DNA of 64,000 nucleotides from Escherichia coli (GTDB lineage Bacteria; Pseudomonadota; Gammaproteobacteria; Enterobacterales; Enterobacteriaceae): NCBI RefSeq assembly GCF_044324785.1, contig NZ_CP172127.1; one strand, 5' to 3'. Shown piece by piece: positions 57,180 to 64,000 of this stretch (position 1 is its first letter; each line of letters starts with the position of its first letter). The notes under the pieces were generated by a model. It saw only the letters and a program-made list of their open reading frames with translations, ran no database searches and was not told where the DNA came from. The position numbers and the translations under genes were made by a program.

Positions 57180-57665
57180 TTATTTAACCTGTTTCAGTAC
57201 GTCGGCAGTGATGTCTTTTACATCGCTGCTGTTGTAAGCAACGGCGTTTGCATCAACAACCAGATCGATATCCTGGCTGTTGGCAACGGATTTCACAGCA
57301 GTCTGGATACGAGTAACCAGTTTGCCGCGTTCTTCGTTGGAACGACGTGCGCGATCCTGCTCAAAAGCCTGCGCTTTCTGAGCAAAAGTCTGGCGCTGAG
57401 CCATCACGTCTTTTTCCAGTTTGGTGCGATCGCTGCCCGCTTTCATGGACTGCAGCTTTTTCATTTTAGCCTGCAGATCGGTTTCCATACGCTGCAGTTC
57501 GCTGGCACGGCCTTTGAACTCATTTTCCAGCGTGTTAGAAACACCGGTTTTCTGCGCTACCTGCTGGAACAGGCTGCCCATATTGACGATTGCAATTTTG
57601 TCAGCCGCCTGAGCAGAAGTTGCCAGTGCTAAACCAAGACCTGCAGCTAATAACCACTTTTTCAC
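57180..57665 (-). CDS. skp: Periplasmic chaperone Skp (OmpH)
   Basis: 161 aa with signal peptide. Confidence 0.96.
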   Translation of the reverse strand: MKKWLLAAGLGLALATSAQAADKIAIVNMGSLFQQVAQKTGVSNTLENEFKGRASELQRMETDLQAKMKKLQSMKAGSDRTKLEKDVMAQRQTFAQKAQAFEQDRARRSNEERGKLVTRIQTAVKSVANSQDIDLVVDANAVAYNSSDVKDITADVLKQVK

Positions 57666-57786
57666 AATAAACTCCTTACCATCCCATTTGCACCGGAGGG
57701 TGCAGTTCTTTGCGTGGCCCGGCGATCTTATATTGATCGCCTAAAGTCATCGCTACACTACCACTACATTCCTTTGTGGAGAACAC

Positions 57787-60237
<2,451 letters not shown>

Positions 60238-60248
60238 CTAACTAACTC

Positions 60249-61601
60249 TCATAACCGAGAGAAATCATTGAAAAGTGCAAGCCCCATTAACAGCACCAGC
60301 AGAATCGAGCCAATGCGATAACAAAAGTCTTGAACCCGCTCGGATACCGGTCCGCCCTTGATCTTTTCGATCGCAAGGAACAGCAGATGCCCCCCGTCAA
60401 GTACGGGCAACGGAAACAGGTTAATTATCCCTAAGTTCACGCTAATAAGCGCAAGAAACGGCAGGTAATAAACTACCCCGAGTTCCGCTGTCATCCCAGC
60501 CCCCTTGGCGATAGAGATCGGCCCACTGAGGTTGTTCAGTTTCACATCACCGGTGATCAATTTTCCCAGCATACTGACCGTCAGCTTCATCAGCTGCCAC
60601 GTTTTGTCCGTGGCTTCGACGATGGCGTTGAACGGCCCATACTGGCGTACAACTTTATACTCATCTGGCAAAGGAATGACTTTCGGCTCAATACCGACAA
60701 AACCAATCGCTTTACCATTACCCGGTTTACTCTCCGGGATTAATGTCAAAGACAAGGGACTCCCCTGCCTTTCGATTTCTAACGCTAAGGATTTACCCGG
60801 GTTATCCCGGACAAGCATCACAAAGGTCACCCACTGCGTTAAGGGCTGACCATCGACTTTAACGATCCTGTCGCCTGCTTGCAAACCTGCCTTGCTTGCC
60901 GCCGAGTTTGGCTGCACATTTTCCAGTACAGGTTCAATTTGCGGCCCACGAGGACGAATCCCCAGCGAAGTTACCGGATCTTCTTTATCAGGCTCAAACG
61001 CCCAGTGACGTAAATCGAGCTTTACATCCCGCCGTTGGTCGCTGCCAAATGGCGCTACCGTAATGGTGGTGCTTTCATCGCCAATTTTATCGACCAACTG
61101 CAAACGCACGGCATCCCAATCAGGCGTTTCGATACCATCTACGGCTTTTAGTTCCGTACCTGGTGCAATTTGTGCTTCCGCAGCTATCGAATTGGCTGCT
61201 ATTTCGCCAACCACCGGACGTACGCCAGGCACACCAATAATAAAAACCAGCCAGTAGGCAAAGATAGCAAAAATGAAGTTTGCAACCGGACCTGCGGCAA
61301 TAATCGCCGCTCGTTGGCCGACAGATTTATTATTGAAGGCATGGTGGCGGAGTTCCGGAACGACCGGTTCTGCGCGCTCATCCAGCATTTTGACATAACC
61401 GCCCAGCGGGATCAGGGCGATAACATATTCGGTGCCGAGCTTATCAGTTCGCCGCCAGAGCGCCTTACCAAACCCTATAGAGAAACGCTCAACGCGAACA
61501 CCACAACGCCGGGCAACCCAGAAATGACCAAATTCATGCACGGTGATAAGTACACCCAGTGCAACGATGAACGAAGCCAAATCCCAGAGAAAACTCAGCA
61601 T
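60249..61601 (-). CDS. rseP: Zinc metalloprotease RseP (site-2 protease)
   Basis: 450 aa from [26 protein letters not shown] (HExxH); longest ORF adds 15 codons upstream. Confidence 0.95.
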   Translation of the reverse strand: MLSFLWDLASFIVALGVLITVHEFGHFWVARRCGVRVERFSIGFGKALWRRTDKLGTEYVIALIPLGGYVKMLDERAEPVVPELRHHAFNNKSVGQRAAIIAAGPVANFIFAIFAYWLVFIIGVPGVRPVVGEIAANSIAAEAQIAPGTELKAVDGIETPDWDAVRLQLVDKIGDESTTITVAPFGSDQRRDVKLDLRHWAFEPDKEDPVTSLGIRPRGPQIEPVLENVQPNSAASKAGLQAGDRIVKVDGQPLTQWVTFVMLVRDNPGKSLALEIERQGSPLSLTLIPESKPGNGKAIGFVGIEPKVIPLPDEYKVVRQYGPFNAIVEATDKTWQLMKLTVSMLGKLITGDVKLNNLSGPISIAKGAGMTAELGVVYYLPFLALISVNLGIINLFPLPVLDGGHLLFLAIEKIKGGPVSERVQDFCYRIGSILLVLLMGLALFNDFSRL

Positions 61602-61612
61602 ATTACCTTCCG

Positions 61613-62470
61613 TTAAAGCGTCCTGAATACCAGTAACAACAAGCAAGCAAAGACCGGTACCGCAGCCGTCAGACTATCAATACGATCTAAAATACCACCG
61701 TGTCCTGGAATTAAATGACCGCTGTCCTTAATTCCTGCTTCACGCTTAAACATACTCTCGGTCAGATCGCCGAGCACTGAGGCTAACGCTGCGACAATAG
61801 AGCAAATGAGTAAGGTGACGGGAGCGACGTCGAGATTCGCCCACATGCCATAACCCCATGAGATTACCGCTGCAGTCGCGAGTCCACCGATAAAGCCTTG
61901 CCAGGTTTTACCCGGAGAAACCTTCGGTGCCAGTTTATGTTTACCAAACAATTTGCCAAACATATATGCGCCAGAGTCAGCACCCCATACCAGGATCATG
62001 ACATAGAGCAGCCATATTGCGCCACTGTAATGATTCTCGTCGTAGTGCCAGGCCCGTAATGCCAGCATGCCCCAGAAGAAGGGAACAATGGTTAGCACGC
62101 CAAAAATAATGCGCAATGTTTTAGAGTTACGCCAGATTGCTGCGGAACCTGGGTAAAACAGCACCAGCAATAGCGCGACAATCCACCAACCCAGCGAAGC
62201 CCAAAGTGAGATTTCAACCAGCGGTTGATGAATATTTCGGTGATATTCCGGCAACAGAAAAAGCATCAGCGCCAACAATAACCCGCATAACACCGCCAAC
62301 CATACTCGCTGCGAGCGAGTGGTAAAACCGCTAAGCTGTCCCCATTCCCACGCTGCCAGCATGCAGACCACCAGCGTTACAATGGCGAACCCCACCGGCG
62401 GCAACAGAAACAACGCCGCGATGACGACGGGTATTAACACAAAAGCAGATATCAGGCGATACTTCAGCAA
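61613..62470 (-). CDS. cdsA: Phosphatidate cytidylyltransferase (CDP-diglyceride synthase)
   Basis: 285 aa; polytopic membrane protein. Confidence 0.96.
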   Translation of the reverse strand: MLKYRLISAFVLIPVVIAALFLLPPVGFAIVTLVVCMLAAWEWGQLSGFTTRSQRVWLAVLCGLLLALMLFLLPEYHRNIHQPLVEISLWASLGWWIVALLLVLFYPGSAAIWRNSKTLRIIFGVLTIVPFFWGMLALRAWHYDENHYSGAIWLLYVMILVWGADSGAYMFGKLFGKHKLAPKVSPGKTWQGFIGGLATAAVISWGYGMWANLDVAPVTLLICSIVAALASVLGDLTESMFKREAGIKDSGHLIPGHGGILDRIDSLTAAVPVFACLLLLVFRTL

Positions 62471-62482
62471 AAGCGACCCCCA

Positions 62483-63244
62483 TCAGGCTGTTTCATCACC
62501 GGGCTCGGTGCCGCCGAAACGACGCTCTCGATTAGCAAAGGCATTTAACGCCCCTTCAAAGTCTTGTTCATCGAAATCGGGCCAGAGAACATCTGTAAAG
62601 TAAAGTTCGGCATAGGCAATTTGCCAAAGCAAAAAGTTACTAATGCGATGCTCTCCCCCAGTCCTAATTACTAAATCTACAGGGGCCAGTTCATGCATAC
62701 AGACATGCTGGTTTAGCATCTCTTCATCTATCTGATCTGGTTGCAGGTTTCCTTGCTGCACCTTTTCAGCCAGTTGCCTGACTCCCTGGACTATATCCCA
62801 ACGTCCACCGTAGTTCGCCGCAATATTCAGCGTCAGACCGGTATTCCCGGCTGTTAGCGCTTCAGATTTACGAATACGTTCTTGCAAACGCGAGTTAAAG
62901 CGACTGGTATCGCCAATAATACGCAGACGCACGTTATGTCGGTGCAGACTCTTTACTTCGCTATCAAGCGCCCACACAAACAGTTCCATTAACGCACTGA
63001 CTTCCTGCGCTGGTCGGTTCCAGTTTTCACTACTAAAGGCATACAGAGTTAACGCCTCAATACCGTTGTTGGCCGCAAAAGAGACAGCCCGGCGGACGGA
63101 TTTTGCCCCGGCTTTATGCCCAAAGGCACGAATCTTCCCTTGCTTTTTTGCCCAGCGACCATTGCCGTCCATAATGATCGCAACATGACGACAGCCATGC
63201 GCTGGCAATTTTTCGCTAAGTGGTTGAGTAGCAGACAACATCAC
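62483..63244 (-). CDS. uppS: Undecaprenyl pyrophosphate synthase
   Basis: 253 aa (…HVAIIMDGNGRWAKKQG…). Confidence 0.97.
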   Translation of the reverse strand: MMLSATQPLSEKLPAHGCRHVAIIMDGNGRWAKKQGKIRAFGHKAGAKSVRRAVSFAANNGIEALTLYAFSSENWNRPAQEVSALMELFVWALDSEVKSLHRHNVRLRIIGDTSRFNSRLQERIRKSEALTAGNTGLTLNIAANYGGRWDIVQGVRQLAEKVQQGNLQPDQIDEEMLNQHVCMHELAPVDLVIRTGGEHRISNFLLWQIAYAELYFTDVLWPDFDEQDFEGALNAFANRERRFGGTEPGDETA

Positions 63245-63299
63245 GCGTTTCTTATTCCCTGACAGGGTTTACGGTACTCAGGAATACTGAAGCCTATAC

Positions 63300-63328
63300 A
63301 AAAAAAAGCCGTGTAAAACCACGGCATA
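63300..63328 (-). terminator. Rho-independent terminator downstream of dxr
   Basis: Minus-strand hairpin GCCGTGGTTTTACACGGC followed by eight T. Confidence 0.8.
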
Positions 63329-63429
63329 CCTGACCTTATAAAGCCAACTACTTACGATCAGATGGCGCAGACTATATCACTGAAGCCCTACGCTAACAAA
63401 TAGCGCGACTCTCTGTAGCCGGATTATCC

Positions 63430-64000
63430 TCAGCTTGCGAGACGCATCACCTCTTTTCTGGCGACTTCACGCGCGTTCGCATCAACAGATAACACATCGT
63501 CCACACATTGTGGTTCGCGCATATCCATTTTTTCCAGTACGGATAAATTCAACGCGGCGATATCCGTAAAGCGGATTTGTTGCGCAAGAAAAGCAGCAAC
63601 GGTGATTTCGTTTGCGGCATTCAATGCTGTCGTCGCTGCCTGGCCTTGTTCGAACGCCTCCATCGCCAGTTTCAGGCATGGATAACGATCATAATCCGGT
63701 GCGGCAAATGTCAACGCACTTAGTTTGCAAAAATCGAGCGGCTTCACGCCAGAGTTCACGCGATTCGGCCATGCCATGGTGTGGGCAATTGGCGTACGCA
63801 TATCCGGTTCCCCCAGCTGCGCCAGAACACTGCCGTCCTGATAGCGCACCATTGAGTGAATCACTGACTGCGGGTGAATCAGCACTTCCATCTGGCTGGC
63901 GCTGGCGTTAAACAGCCAACGCGCTTCAATGTATTCCAGACCTTTGTTCATCATGGTAGCCGAATCGACAGAAATTTTACGCCCCATCGACCAGTTCGGA
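63430..64000 (-). CDS. dxr: 1-deoxy-D-xylulose 5-phosphate reductoisomerase, C-terminal part; gene continues beyond the window end
   Basis: C-terminal Dxr sequence ending …[13 protein letters not shown]; reading frame remains open to position 64000. Confidence 0.93.

Overview
The window is a chromosomal segment from an Escherichia coli-like enterobacterium, read in reverse relative to the usual K-12 map. Positions 1-17626 hold a GC-rich type VI secretion system (T6SS) core operon (tssC 3' end, tssE, tssF, tssG, FHA/tagH, tssJ, tssK, tssL, clpV, vasI-like, tssA, tssM, vasL/tagA-like), mostly translationally coupled. It is followed at 17640-19860 by a sharply AT-rich cassette: a divergent hcp, a 298-aa cysteine-free orphan protein, and two small signal-peptide proteins. 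I read this cassette as an Hcp-linked effector/immunity module, and it is the most likely place for an undescribed toxin-immunity pair. The rest is conserved housekeeping sequence: yafT, tRNA-Asp (aspV), dnaQ, rnhA, yafS, gloB, mltD, yafE, yafD, yafC, dkgB, then the complete rrnH operon (16S, tRNA-Ile, tRNA-Ala, 23S, 5S, tRNA-Asp aspU) with its P1/P2 promoters, then gmhB, metNIQ, rcsF, trmO, proS, yaeF, nlpE, arfB, yaeQ, yaeP, rof, tilS, yaeR, ldcC, accA, dnaE, rnhB, lpxB, lpxA, fabZ, lpxD, skp, bamA, rseP, cdsA, uppS and the 3' part of dxr. All calls rest on reading the supplied translations and sequence against remembered families; no database search was run.
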